A DNA stretch of 60,653 nt, the filler included, from Sphacelaria rigidula (Eukaryota), in the NCBI GenBank assembly GCA_964200075.2. It is 8 parts of 8 records of this genome, joined end to end, with 100 filler letters (N's around TTAATTAATTAA, not from the genome) between each part and the next. Parts side by side here need not be neighbours in the genome. Positions count along the whole stretch, not along the records: positions 7,596 to 15,090 come from CAXNAA020014664.1; positions 15,191 to 22,684 come from CAXNAA020014665.1; positions 22,785 to 30,278 come from CAXNAA020014666.1; 5 more parts are not named here. One strand, given 5' to 3'. The translations under genes were made by a program, and so were the position numbers. Position 1 is the stretch's first letter. Each line of letters begins with the position of its first letter. Shown one piece after another: positions 11,741 through 24,499 of the stretch. The notes under the pieces are model-generated. The model saw nothing but the letters and a program-made list of their open reading frames with translations, made no database searches and had not been told where the DNA came from.

Positions 11741-12001
11741 GTCTCACTATCCACCTGGCCAATTCAAATCCTGCATATCCGAGGGACATGTCCACCCGCT
11801 GAGTCGGCACCATCTTCACTTGGAAAATGACCATCAGACTCTCTCAGGTGTCTCATCCACTGCAGGCACTCAAATGGCCAACAGGCCCGCGTTCAATCCT
11901 CCAGCTCCCCGCACAGAAACAAGCACAAATCGCAAGGCGCAAGGACTCTCGGTACCCCCCTCCCCCCCCTCTCTCTTCTTCTGCGGACGGATAACTTTCA
12001 C

Positions 12002-13810
12002 CTGCTCGCGACGCCCCCTCGTCCTCTGGCGCCTCCTGCACCCACACCCATCCTCCCATAGCTCTCCTCCAGGCTCTTAATCTCGCCGAGTCCTGTGCCC
12101 CTACCGCGGGTGGGCGAACCGGACAGTCCTCTACTCGAACCTCCCCCTCCCCCACCAATGACACCAGTTCCTGTTCCCGTCACACGAGCGATGCTGGTGC
12201 CCAGCAGTTTAGACGGCGACCGCATGCGCTGAGCGCGTAGCGAGTGGGGGTTGTCTGCTACTGCATTTGACGACGACGACGACGACGCCGCCGTAGCTCC
12301 GCCGGTTGCTATAGCGCTGCCGACGCCACCGCTAGAGCTGGTACTGCTGCGTGCGCGACGGTGTTTGATGGCGGGGTTGGGGTCATTTTGTCGGGGCATA
12401 TTGTTGTTGATGTTGTTGGCGATGTTGAATCGGCCGTTCGTTGGATTTGTACTTCCGGTGTTTGCGTTCGAGTTTTTGTTCGACGTTGTTGGGGTCGTTG
12501 TTGGTGTGGGGGGCGGTGTTTTGGTGGGTGAATGTTTCGGCGATGCGGTTGATGGTGGTTTGGATGGGTTCAGTGCCGGCGTCGGCGGCGGTGTCGGCGG
12601 AATGGTTTTGGTCGTGTAAGACGTCGATTTTTGTGCGGTTGTAGTGTTGGCCATGGCGGTAAAAGGGCCAGGAGGAGCGTGCGGTGTGTTGTAGTTGTTG
12701 TCGCCGAGTCGTCGTCGGGACGATTGAATCAACGGCCGTTGTCGCGGTGAGGTTGGTGTCGGGTTGTGTTGGGAGACGTGGTTGATGTTGTAGTTGTCGG
12801 TGGCGGCGGCAGCAGCAGCAGCAACGGTGGCCGCACCAGGAGCAGAAGAAGCCACCACCGGAGATGTTGACATGGCCGTACCCGACGCCGCGACGGTTGT
12901 TGTCCGAATGGGCGACGTCATCATGGCCGTGTTGGGTCCCGTCATGATCGGAGACGTGGGCATGCACGCCGCAGCGGTCGACACACCAGAAGAAGACGTC
13001 CCCGAAACCGACACACCGACCATCACCGGCGTTACGATAGCGATCGGCGGCAATGAAGCCGCCGAATGACGAGCGTTATTTGTTGTCAAAGCCGGTGCCG
13101 AGGAAGGTGCCACCAAGGTTTCACCATCACCATTACCATTACCGTCACCATCATCATCACCACCGGTAGCGGTAGCAGTGGAAGTAGCGCCGCGCGAAGA
13201 CACCCGAGAAGATCCAGAACCCACCGAAGCAGCGGAAAAAAAAGACGAAGGGGCAGAAGCCGAGTGCGTATGACCCACCGAAGCCACCGGGGCCGCGGCG
13301 CCATTTTTCGACGTCGCAGACAGCACAGCACCCCCACCCGGTTTCGCACAATAGAATGGATTCGAAAAATCCGGGTTCCACGATGGGAGCGTTACAGGCG
13401 GCGGGGAATCACCAGTAGCAGCATCACCAGCAGCAGCGGCAGCAGCAGTATTACCAACACCACCAGCCGAACCGGAAGTAGGCGGAGAGAGACGCACGGA
13501 AGAAGGAGCGACGGTGGCGGCGGAGGGGGCGGGGGCGGGGGCGAGGGGGGAAGAAGACGGCACGGGATCGGACACGGGAGGGGGGGGGGAACGTCGGCGT
13601 CGTGCTGTCGTAGGCAGACCAGTCGCGGCGGCGGCCGCGGTGTCACTAACGCCCGTGGCGTTGCGACCCGACGAGGAAATGGATCCCCGCCGGGGCGACC
13701 CCACGGGCGACGTAGAGCGCGATCGCCGGCGACGTGGATGCATGTTCAGCCGAGGGTACGACCTCGGAGGAGGGGCAGCGGGGGGCGTGCGGTGATGTGT
13801 CGGCGACTGC
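12002..13810 (-). CDS. Large exon of a low-complexity Ser/Thr/Pro/Ala-rich (probably disordered) protein; 5' boundary uncertain
   Basis: Part of a 675-aa open frame (11998-14025) with trinucleotide-run coding texture; CAG|gtgaaa donor at 12002. No recognisable domain. Confidence 0.7.
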
Positions 13811-14532
13811 CGCGGGGGCGGAGGAGGAGGCGGCGGTGCGACGGAACGGGCGGCAAGAGGTACACTATCGTTTCCGCGGCCGGTGCGGGCGCGCGCGCCG
13901 AGAACAGAGACGAGAGCGGGGACGGGGGGCGGAGAGATCCGTGTGCAAGCCGAGCCGCGCGTCCACGGGGACATGGGTGCAAAGCGGGCCAAGATGGGTG
14001 TGAGGCGATTTTGATGGGAGATCAATCAACATTTGTTCTTCGTGAGTGGATAATTTGGGAAGAGATACACGGTGTTGAGTGGGTGAGTGGGGGATCTGTT
14101 TATTTTTCACGTACGAGGTCTGCCAGACAGTAGCGAATGGATAGTCCGTCGGACATGCATGCCATCTGAACAAGCAAATACCCTCGCAAAAACAATCGTC
14201 ACATATCAGCAGGAGCGCGAGAAGTGGTGGACGTACCAGTTGCATGAAATCCTCACCGCAGCAGGAGCAGGAACCGGGGGGATGGGGGAGGAGGGCGCGG
14301 GGGGGTATTGATTTGTTGTTTGCCTCAGTCATTCGACTATTTACCACGAATCCCTCTCGAGATGGAGCACTCGTAGGGATGGGCGGGGAGGGGAAGGGGG
14401 AAGGAACGCGAGAGATGGACCAACATTTTACACTCTACGGTACCCTCAAAGTCACCTACTGAAAAGAACCAAAGAAACGAGAACACGCACACACAGCGGT
14501 AACACTCTCACCGAACCCAACCAAGCACCCAC

Positions 14533-14975
14533 CTAGCTTGATGACCCGTCGGCATCCCTCCTCCACCCGCCGCCGCCCTGGCAGGCGTCGAATCCCCCGG
14601 GGACGCCATCAGCAACGGAGACGGCGGCTCCGTCCTCCCCGAGTTTGGTCTACTGCCATTGCTCCCACCACCCCCTACTATCCCATTTCCGGCCGGAACT
14701 GGCGCAGGCGCTGGTGTTGCTCCCCTGGACTTCGGGTGCCCCGGTTCCACGGCGAACCCAGCTATGCTGCTGCCCAGGCGCATGGAGCCCGGCCGGGCAC
14801 CGGAGAAGGAGGACGGCGGAAGAGAGTTGGCATGGGCTCGGCCGCGTTGAGGGGCGTCAGATGACGTGCCCCCCGCCGCCGGGTTGCGTTGCGCCTTGCT
14901 GCTACTACGGCTGCTGGTGTTGGGAGGGGGAACGGCCGAGTCGTCTCGTGCCCGACCTGATCCCGGAGACATTTT
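14533..14975 (-). CDS. Probable upstream exon of the same low-complexity protein gene
   Basis: catcag acceptor after a pyrimidine-rich tract; open G/S/P-rich frame (MSPGSGRARDD...GHQA); TAG|gtgggt donor. The phase link to the 12002 exon is not resolved. Confidence 0.55.
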
Positions 14976-15190
14976 CTGATGAGGACGGAGCGCGCGCGCA
15001 AAGCGGAAGGTGGGGAAGGTGGGGGGGGGGGGGGACAGAAGTACTGCTTTGTTGCATGCCTTGGGGACTGGACACTTGAACACGCCTTTCNNNNNNNNNN
15101 NNNNNNNNNNNNNNNNNNNNNNNNNNNNNNNNNNTTAATTAATTAANNNNNNNNNNNNNNNNNNNNNNNNNNNNNNNNNNNNNNNNNNNN

Positions 15191-15655
15191 GGTGAGCTGC
15201 ATCCTGCTAAGATTGTTCGGCCCGAAGCCTACTGACTATCTTGTATTTGGATGACAGCCAACAGTGAACTGCTTTATTACCTGGTATTACCACTTCTTAA
15301 GACAGTCACATCTTGTACACTGCCTCATGGGTGCCTCACCATTTAAACACTACGGGGAATGACCATACCCATTGTGCGGAGTTGAGGTTCTCCCACGCCG
15401 CACAACATGATCTAGCTCGACTACCATCATGGTTACCGCAAAACAAACGCAAGCGCGCAAGAAAAAGCGGTAACCTGGTTGCCTAGCTTACGCAGTGAGT
15501 GGCGTGTTGTACAGCGTCATCGCCAACCGACACCAACCCGATCGGGGGTCCGCCCCTACAAAGCCGGGACGGAGCACGCTGGGTTCGTCGGACCAGGCTG
15601 GGGGCAAGGGGGGAGGGGGATCCGTGTACGACAACCTTCTCCCGACAGACCCTTG
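15191..15655 (+). mobile_element. CAAGGGTCTGTCG-family element, right part with TIR
   Basis: 15191-15555 colinear with 35278-35645; ends CCCGACAGACCCTTG as at 613 and 60348. Confidence 0.8.
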
Positions 15656-17619
15656 GATTAAGTATCAGTTTTCGCCGGAATGCGGGGCTCGGCGGGCTGT
15701 ACCATCTCAAAATAAGTTCCTGCTGTAATCTCCGGGAGGATTCTAGCGACCTTTGTCCGGTCTTTCGTGGGTCCGGTTTGATTTTGGGCCGGATACAAAC
15801 GGTTTCTCGAGCAACCTTAAAGAATGATATCAGGTCATCTGTATGTGTTTTCCGGGAGAGACCTTGAAGGATTTTGTGAATTGTTTGGTAAGTCATTGTT
15901 GGGCCAAAATTCAAAGTGGGCGTACGAAAAAAGTCGGGAAGGGCGCTGACATTATCTCGGAAAAGTACAGCAAGACATCCCGAGGGAGCACAACCCCCGA
16001 AACCCCGTACTGCTCCTCTATTCCGGTCAAAACTAGCGCTGGATCGCCGAACGAAATATTCAACAGGCTCTTTTTGCAGAGATTTTCTTCATTCCCCTGA
16101 GAGAAATGCACTCGAACTGTCGCACCACCATTTCGTGACTCGTTTCTGCCACACATAATCTACATGCCGATACGGTTGACCCTTTTGTAACGAATATTTC
16201 TTCAGTGCCGACACATGGTCCGCGTCCCACCAGCACCTCCCATCAGCACCCACTACCCAGGCATACGACCAAAAACACTTGAGGGGGGAGAAAACAGCGC
16301 CGGGAGGAGGATATTTCGCCTAGCGTTCGCTACATCTTCAGAGAAGAACTCACGCCAAGTGGTGTCATGGCGAGCAACAGCACACATATTCCACATGTTT
16401 GTCATATTCGGGGCTTTTGTTCCAACTATAACTTGTTTCTGAACTTCTCGCACATCTAGAGATAAGCCCACACATGTTCGGCATCAAATTACAGCTGCTC
16501 GTGAGTAACTCGGGGTTCTTGCCTTCCGTGACGCAGAAAATGATCAGAAGTTTACACAATTCAGTCCAATGCGACGAATGCAATAATATCGAAAACGAGA
16601 TAGGGCTCGGAGCCATGTCCTATGGTAATGGTCTTACGGCTGTGGCATGCAACACAACGAGTACACCCCCTCTCCGTCGGGGCCACTCGAGAACGAAAAA
16701 ACCCCGAAAATTGTCGACCGTTTTCTTCCCCTCCCCGTTTCCCCGCCATTGTACCCGATTGAAAAGCGGTTTCATCATCCAGGAATCGCCCGTGCACGGG
16801 AAGTTTAACACCGATGAGGTTTTGTACCTCCGTTCCCTCTTGGATCAGCGCCCATGGGGTTCCGGCGGCTGGATTATGACTTTCTAAACGCGCGATGGAT
16901 CAAGGAGTGCACCGCATGCCGCAGCAAGGCTGCAATTGTCTGTTCAATCACCTACTGTACGAAAACATTCCCGTCAACAACAGAAATAAACAATTAGCTG
17001 AAGGCACGACAAGGAGACCGTACACCGCCCCCTGGGATCTCGGAAATCTGACGAAAAAACGAATCAAAAGGCCCCACTCATACAGCGTTTTCAAGCATGT
17101 TAGAGCACCCGTGTGCAAAATTTCAGAGTCCAACTTTCCGGTCCTTCACCCTGAACCAGCCTCTACGCTCCCCTGATTTTTTTTGGGAATCAAATTGCAT
17201 TTCCCAGCCGAGTCCATACCCAAAGAATCGGCTTTTGTAGCGCTCCTGCTGAATTTTTGGCATATTGGAACGAGTGAATAAACAGCGGTCTCATCACCTT
17301 GTCCGTCTCCAGTTTCACCAGTCCACTTGAGGCATTGGTGTTCAGGAAGCGAAGAGTTAACCCATTGATCCGGTGAGCGCCCACTGGTTCAATGGGTAAA
17401 CGGTTCGCTTCCTGAACAAACGAAATATGCGGCTCGAGTCCCGGCATGATCTATTATGGAAGGAACGGGTTTGACTTGTGAACAGTGAGGCTTGCGGGGG
17501 GCAAGGGGCCCCGGAGATCACTGACGTGTCATGCCGGGACGGACCACACAGCATATCTTTTGTTCAGGAAGCGAATAGTTTGCCCATCTGTTGACGGGTC
17601 CCTGACCAGTATGAACCGT

Positions 17620-17800
17620 CGGTCTCCCGTCGTTGATATCTTGTAGTCTGACATCCGGACTGGTTAATCTTGCCAGCAGATTCTGACCGATCACCGTATG
17701 TTTTATCTGCGAAATATTTTTTTGCCCCCTGTTTGAGCAACTGATTCAATGGCTTCGTCAGCGACGCCATCTGGGGCAGATGTTAATGATAAAACTGAGG
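17620..17800 (-). pseudogene. Ty3/gypsy RT-RNase H connector relic
   Basis: Translates as YH*HLPQMASLTKPLNQLLKQGAK...(frameshift)HTVIGQNLLARLTSPDV, resembling the gypsy 'YYRxF.P.MA....PL..LL' linker. Confidence 0.6.
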
Positions 17801-18486
17801 TGGTGTACAATTCCTGCAGGCTTGGACAGGGGAATAAAGGAAAAGGTCGGAGGGCGTCGGGGCTTGCAGAATCGTCGAAACAGGACAATGTCCCACATTG
17901 TGTGCGTTGGTAGATACCACGTGGGCGCGAACAAGCGGGTGCCGTGCCCCTTCGTCCATCAATGTCTTGTGCTGCTGCCGACGCAGCGTCAGCACGATGG
18001 CTGCTCTCGTCACACCGCCGATCCCGACGATAATTGCTGTCGATGTTTGCGGTGGTGTGGCTCCTCCCATATCTTTGAAAGCGTTGTGTCTACTCCACGT
18101 GACTAGTCTGAACCCCCTCGTGAAATGAAAGTCCCACGAGAGACCTTGGCGCCCAGGGGGTACCCCTTCGACTGCGAGATCTTTCAGGGATCTCTACTGC
18201 AGACGCAGGGCAAAGGTTCCCAAGTCATAACACTTCCCCAGTGACCGTACGTCGAAAAATATTGATACAACGCGGCACCATTGTAGTCCGAGGGCGAAAG
18301 TGGGACCCCGACTACTGCACGTTCCTCCATCACTCCCGCTCGCTTCGCTTTCCTGTGGATACCGTGTTGAGACAAGAACCGCTGACCAAAACGTTGGATA
18401 GCAAGGGTGCGGCAGTCAGGCGCTAACATTTTTTTCGCGGTCATATTGTTGTGCCTGTCTTTCTTTGCGCACGTTCTTACGAACAG

Positions 18487-21069
18487 GCCGCTGTTGCAAC
18501 CTCCGGAACTCATCCGGCAATGATTCCCGCAGGGGACCCGCGCCACCGGGGTTTCGGTAGCGCCCAGGAGAAAGCGCTTGCCCGACAAGAGCTGAAAGCC
18601 TTGATCGTGGATTACAAGGGCTTCGGAATTTTGACGCTTATCCGCTTGTTGCTTTTCAGGAACTTTCGATGCATGCTTCTCGGGATCATGGGGGTCATGC
18701 TTATGATCGGTCAGTGGGCCGGACCCGTTGGTTACTCAGCGGCCAAGTTTACCAATGACGAGGGGCTCACATGGTGTGACGGGTGAGCAATGTGATCCCT
18801 GATTGGGGGTGAGGAAAGGAGATGAGGGTGCAGAATTGTTACGCTACTATGGCTGTCACCGCTTCTTCCGTGGGTTTCCTTTCTGGCTTGTAGCACTCAC
18901 TACGCACTATCCTCCTTCTCCCGCCCCCTGTGTGTCGCGTTTGCGTTCAAATCTCTTCGGTTCAGCGTGCGTTATCTTGAGTCTATGGCCACCGCGGTCC
19001 CCGCATGGCTGGTTCGCAACCTGCTGTCAAATCTTGGCTTCTCTCTGAGGCGTGTCGGGGAATTTCTCTGGGGTTAATCGGAATTTGTTTTTGAACAACT
19101 TCCTCGTGCAAATGTTTCCGTGTATGTCCTCTGTCATTTATTTTGCATCATCCTTAAACTCGAGCTTTGCTTGCTTGTGTTCACCTCATTTTTGCCCATC
19201 AAGCGTCCAATCGACCAAACTCTATCAAGGTAGCCGGTGTTGGTTCGCCCGACAGCAGCAATTCAATCAATACACGGACCAACCCTGTACCTGAATGACT
19301 TTCACGTCCAAAAATGTGTTTGCTCAGGGTGAAATACATGAATACCCGAGTGACTATTTCCCGCAATTTCTCTACAGAGAGTTCCTATTCTTGATCCCCA
19401 GTGCACCTACCCACTGTCGTCTTCTACCAAACTCACGTCCGCTTTTGAATTCGATTGACTCAAACTGCGCATCATGGAATATCGGAATTGTGTTGATATC
19501 TGGAGTTTTTGCTATATCTTCAAGCGCCCCACTGGATACGTGAGTTACGGTATAGTAGGGTCCGGGAAGTGGGAGCTCAGTCAGCTGTAGGCGAGAATGA
19601 GGATTTTGTGGGCGTCTTGTTTTACACAAGAATGCTCGTGGATAGCACTGTGGTGAAGATGAAAGTCGACTCTTTTTCGTGCGGTCCGTCAGCCAAAGCC
19701 ACCACATCCACAGAGAACGCTTGTCTTCGTGACCCTTACCTTAAATTTGCACGAGGAAGTACATCTACGCTTGCTTGAAGATGAGTTCTGGCGGCCACTG
19801 TTTTTCACAAGAGATGCGCGCGGTGTACTGTGCTTTAATCAGGAACGCGGGACCGTGGGCTCGAATGATCATTGCTTCCGTGGCTATGATCTACTTCGCG
19901 AGGCTATCCACGGCAGCGCTGAGGCACCGACAACGACTTCCCAAGGAATTTGAGGCCTACAACATGCCCAAGTGGTGGCCATTTTATCGGCATATGGGTG
20001 AGAGAGCAACCCGCCCCGAACCCTGATCTTGAATGCGGCTACCCGCGGACCGCCTGCGATACGTGGTCCTTCAGCGGAATTGAATAGCTGGATTTCAAAT
20101 CGTGACGCCTTAACCACAGAACGCGGGCAAAAGACCTCACCTGCGGCAATGAAGACGCCCCATAGGTAACGGGCTTCTGCGAAATCCCTCCACGAGGCCC
20201 TCCCAATCCAGCTGATATTGGGAGTGATTGGGGACCGTGCACTCCCTAAAGATTCCGTTGTACCAGAGGTCCTCGCGTCGGAACAGGTCGTATTTGCAAA
20301 CCGCTCGACTACACTGAGGCGGTTCGTGACTTTTTTTGCGATCTGCTTGTCGTTGTTGGCTCTTCCCAAAATTGTCCGGGTGTCCCTCCCCGTTCCACCC
20401 CCGGCTCGCGCGCCATACCCCCTCTGCAGATCTGGTTGTAACGTCTCTATTCTACGACACGTGCATCTTCACGGTTAATCTGCTCGTCGTCTACTCCGAT
20501 GCCATCCCCGAGAGCATGGTCGTGGATGTGTTGGCCCTCGAATTTTTCACACTGCTGGACGACGAGTTTAAAACAGCAATTCTTCAGTACGATGACTCTT
20601 GGCTCGACGACATGTTGTTGCCCCCCGGTAGTAGCAGCGGGGGTGTGGTTGCAGACCGTGGCCCAAGACGGCGGGGCTACTCAGAGAAGTTATCGAGCTG
20701 GCAGCCGTCCCCACCAGGAGGGCGCCTCGGCGAAGCGTTGTTCGATGTGAACGAGGTACGAAACACGAAAAGGAAGTACGCACCTCACAGCTCTTTTCGT
20801 GTGCAACCTTGAAACACCTGCGCGTAGGTGAACGTTCTGTGCTTATTGCGTAATGCACCCCCAGACAGTCGTCCGAATATCAGCTGGTATTGGCCAGCGA
20901 CGTGAAATGTTCTTGGTAGGTAAAGACCGCCCTCCGCTCGCACTGTCATGCAGCCGTCATTATGGGCTAGGTGTGCAGTATGGCGGTTTGGTCAACGCGG
21001 AGTGAAAACGGTTTGGATCGTGACAGGTAATGGATAATCGAACATTATGTCCCGCCCTCGCCTCCCTAT

Positions 21070-21103
<34 letters not shown>

Positions 21104-21352
21104 GAACCAATCGTATGTTCCTTTCAAAATGCTTTGGGTCTGCGTTCGCAGGTAGACGAGGATGCCGATAGACCTCCTGCTCCGAGCAGCGCTAGCCACG
21201 GACCCGCCGATCTCTGTTGCGACGGAATAGTGTGTCTCATCCTGATCCCGCTCATGGTCATTCGTCTCGCATGCCGAATCGGGGGCCCCCTGTTCTCCCT
21301 GTTCATGGTGTGGTACGGTCCCTACTGCTTGGCAGCCCGGGGCAATGTATAG
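18487..21352 (+). CDS. Multi-pass membrane protein of unknown function; exons 18487-18782, 19843-19997, 20430-20755, 21152-21352 (5' exon(s) not found)
   Basis: All junctions are canonical AG/GT and phase-compatible (GG|G, G|AT, phase 0). Several hydrophobic helices; motif NLLVVYSD...VVDVLALEFFTLLDDEFK; ends in TAG. Confidence 0.85.
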
Positions 21353-22784
21353 CGCCACCTGCGGGGGAATGCATCGGCCCCTGTGTCTCTCCCTCGGTAC
21401 ACAAGGTGGTGTTGGGCTGGGCTAGTCATGTCCGGAAGGAACGTGAAAAAACCGACTGGATGGTGATGTAACATGATTTGGCTTGGCTGATCGCGAAAGC
21501 GAAAGCGAACGACAGGGGCGTGTAGAGAATCTTGTCATGGTAGCGAAATCCTTGTCTGTATTTTCCAAACTGCTGGGATGTTCTGAATGATGGGCGTTGC
21601 TGATGGCGTGGCCTGCGACATTTCGGGTACGTTGCCAATAGCTGTGGTCAGGTAACACGGTGTAGATGCAGGCCTTTTCCTCGTGGGACCATACAACAGT
21701 CGTCATATTTTGATATATTGACCTTTTGTGTATACGCTCTCAAAACGTCATATGACAATGTGTAGCTGCGACGTATCACGCAACAGTGTCAAATATTTGT
21801 CATGGATGACCATATCATGTTCGGATGATGACTAATATCGCGAAAACATCATTGGACTGCGCCAAGTGGTACGCTTGCGTGTAGTTTTTACGGGTGATAC
21901 GCGCGCTTCGGGCGTCAGGTCTACTGTAGGTACTGTACACAGCAGGCAACAGACTGCAAACTATAGCTGGCAGAAACAGTAATGGCCAGCGGATCACGTG
22001 CAGGATGGTGTCCTCTCTAGCAACGCACAGTGGCAATAGTATCGGGGGTAGCGCCGACATGAGTAATAGTAGTTCCTCAAGCTGAAACTTCGTAGAAATC
22101 ACGCAGACTGCTAAAACAAGCGTGGGGGAAGGACTCCTCGTCGGCGCCTGCCTCAGATGCGGAGCATGCAGGGACAATGGCGGGGGCAGCAGCTGACACA
22201 GTCATGGGCTTTCCTTGTAAGGAAGCTCGGATGCACATTATGGACTTCTTCTCCGAACAGTATAGGCGGAAGGTAGGTATGACTCGATAGCGTTCTGGCA
22301 CAACGATATGCGCGAGGTTCCAGCATGGTTCAGTGTAGTCAAGGACGTTGTGCCCCTTCAAAATATCTTCAGCGTTCGTTAAACGAGTCTTCTCCGCCCT
22401 TCGATCCGTCATCTAAAGCAACCACATGAAGCGCGTTGGTCGACCGCATTCAAACGATGGTGGATAAGTACAGCAGGCCGCGATGACAAGTTGCAATGGC
22501 TTCTGGGGCGGAGGCAGCAAGCCACGAGAGTTGAATGCCCGCTCATGTCTTGTTGAGATACATTTTCACGTCCAAAGCTTTGTATATTGCATCCACACTG
22601 AACAGAGGATCCTGAAAAATTGGAACGAGTCACGAGTCATTCTACGATGGGGGGGGGGCGGGGGGGGGCACACGTCACAAGTAGNNNNNNNNNNNNNNNN
22701 NNNNNNNNNNNNNNNNNNNNNNNNNNNNTTAATTAATTAANNNNNNNNNNNNNNNNNNNNNNNNNNNNNNNNNNNNNNNNNNNN

Positions 22785-23085
22785 GTCCTGTTGTCTAGCC
22801 AGGGCTCCTGCGAACAGCAGTCGCCGTTGCCGAACGATGGCTTCAGCACTTTGGCAGCCGGTACTCTCGAGGGCCTGGGCGTACGATAACTGCCGGTATG
22901 TGCCACGCACTCGGTGGTACCCGATAACCTGCAACAGGAGCCGGTGGTGTACCGTCCTCAGTAACCGGTAGTGTTCACGGCGTGGGGCCCACGTCATGCA
23001 TCCGTACAGTAGAGCCTCTATCGCCTCTGCCTTCAGTAGGCGGACCTTGATTTCCCACGGTGTTTTCGGTCGGTCGAATAGTTCT
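22785..23085 (-). mobile_element. Non-LTR retrotransposon (RTE-clade-like) C-terminal ORF fragment
   Basis: ELFDRPKTPWEIKVRLLKAEAIEALLYGCMTW...IVRQRRLLFAGALAR: the post-RT 'LLYGxxTW...RRLxxxGH' region typical of RTE LINEs. Confidence 0.85.
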
Positions 23086-23349
23086 TAGCAAACTGAAATT
23101 CCTTCCTTTAGTCATTTTCCTCAATACGTCACAACATACTCATGCTATTCATCCATCCCATCACGCCTTTCAGTACTGAAAAAGAATTCGAATTCAAAAA
23201 CTCAAATCATCGCAAACCAAAATGTCAAAAAATCTCAGATATATATATTCAACAAAAATGGAAAAATTCATCAACCAAACGCAAAGTCGAAAACCAGTTC
23301 AGTTTCCGATATTTGCTATGGCAACTTTTGTGGCACCCGAAGTCCATGA

Positions 23350-23497
23350 CCAAAAACCATTGAAACATATTTCGTCTGCAACGAAAAATCAAATCCGTCG
23401 TACCCGTCGAAGACCGAAATCCTACACCAAAAACCATTGAAAAATATTTTGTCTGCAAAACAAAAAAATCCGGTGGTACCCGTCGAAGACCGAAATA
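23350..23497 (+). repeat. ~75-bp imperfect tandem repeat
   Basis: CCAAAAACCATTGAAA.ATATTT.GTCTGCAA...TCCG..GTACCCGTCGAAGACCGAAAT x2. Confidence 0.85.
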
Positions 23498-23624
23498 ATT
23501 CATTGTAAAATTGAAAATATTGCAACCATGGCCTCGTACCCCTACTTTTCCGGGGTGGATAAATGTCTCCGAAAACAAATCAAACCAGCTCAAAGCAAAC
23601 CGATGTACCAGTGTCTGGTAGACT

Positions 23625-24460
23625 CTATATGATGTTCATGAAAATATTACGGTGAAACTCAAAAGACTCTGTCGACAACAGTTTAGTGAGGAAATCTGCA
23701 TGTTGATATTCCGATCTCACGTGAATAATCGAAACCTCATTCCTCCCGACCAACTCCCTGATAAAATGATGCAGTATGTCGATGTGCTTGGAGTTGGAGT
23801 TTGTGATTGGGTTATTTGCCAACGGGAGAGCTCGCTGATTATCCTCGAACACCGGGATGCATGGCATTCCCATCTGCGGTAACATGAAACGCCAAACCTG
23901 TCTCAAAAATAATACCTCCTTCAGAATATCTGTCATGGCAAGGTACTCTGCTTCCGTTGTAAAACAGTGTCACACACTTCTGAGTCCTCGAAAACCAAGA
24001 CACACATCCACCTCCACACATGACTAGCCCTCCTGATACCGGCCGCCTATCAGCTGCCTTACTTGCGTAATCGGCGTCTGCAAACACATGGAAGCTCAAC
24101 CCCTGTACACTTCCTCTGCGAGAAGAAACCCCCAGCGAACTTGTTCGCCTAACATACCCCAAAATACCAAGCGCAGCACGCCAATGCAGGTGTTGTGGTG
24201 AGGCACAGTACCTCGCTACTGCACGTACTGCGTTAGATATGTCTGGCCTCGTTTGAGTTGCCAGCCACATCAATGACCCCATCAATTCCCGAAACGGAAA
24301 TTCCGTTGCCTGCTCTTCTACACCGAACTCTTCAAGCTTCGCACCAACAGCGATAGGGATACTCTTTCCCCGCTCTATTCCGTATTCCTTTGCCAACTCT
24401 TCTGCGTATGTTTATTGTGAAATTTTGATAGTCCCCCCTTCAATATCTCTCTCATGGTAC
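23625..24460 (-). mobile_element. Ty1/copia RT C-terminus + RNase H (disrupted)
   Basis: FRELMGSLMWLATQTRPDISNAV, FADADYASKAADRR.VSGG, VSWFSRTQKCVTL(frameshift)TEAEYLA, FEDNQ, SKHIDI.HHFIRE, QHADFLTK. In-frame stop near 24414 and frameshift near 23960. Confidence 0.95.
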
Positions 24461-24499
24461 AGTGTTCCGGATGTATCGGTTATGGTCCAGTCGAGTAGA

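Noticed and set aside
13066-14133. 355-aa Arg/Gly-rich plus-strand ORF (likewise 40775-41677)
   Set aside because: Antisense shadows of GC-rich minus-strand exons.
23350-23497. CRISPR-like array (also 9359-9447, 50270-50830)
   Set aside because: Only two units or irregular spacing, no unique spacers, no cas genes, and a eukaryotic context.
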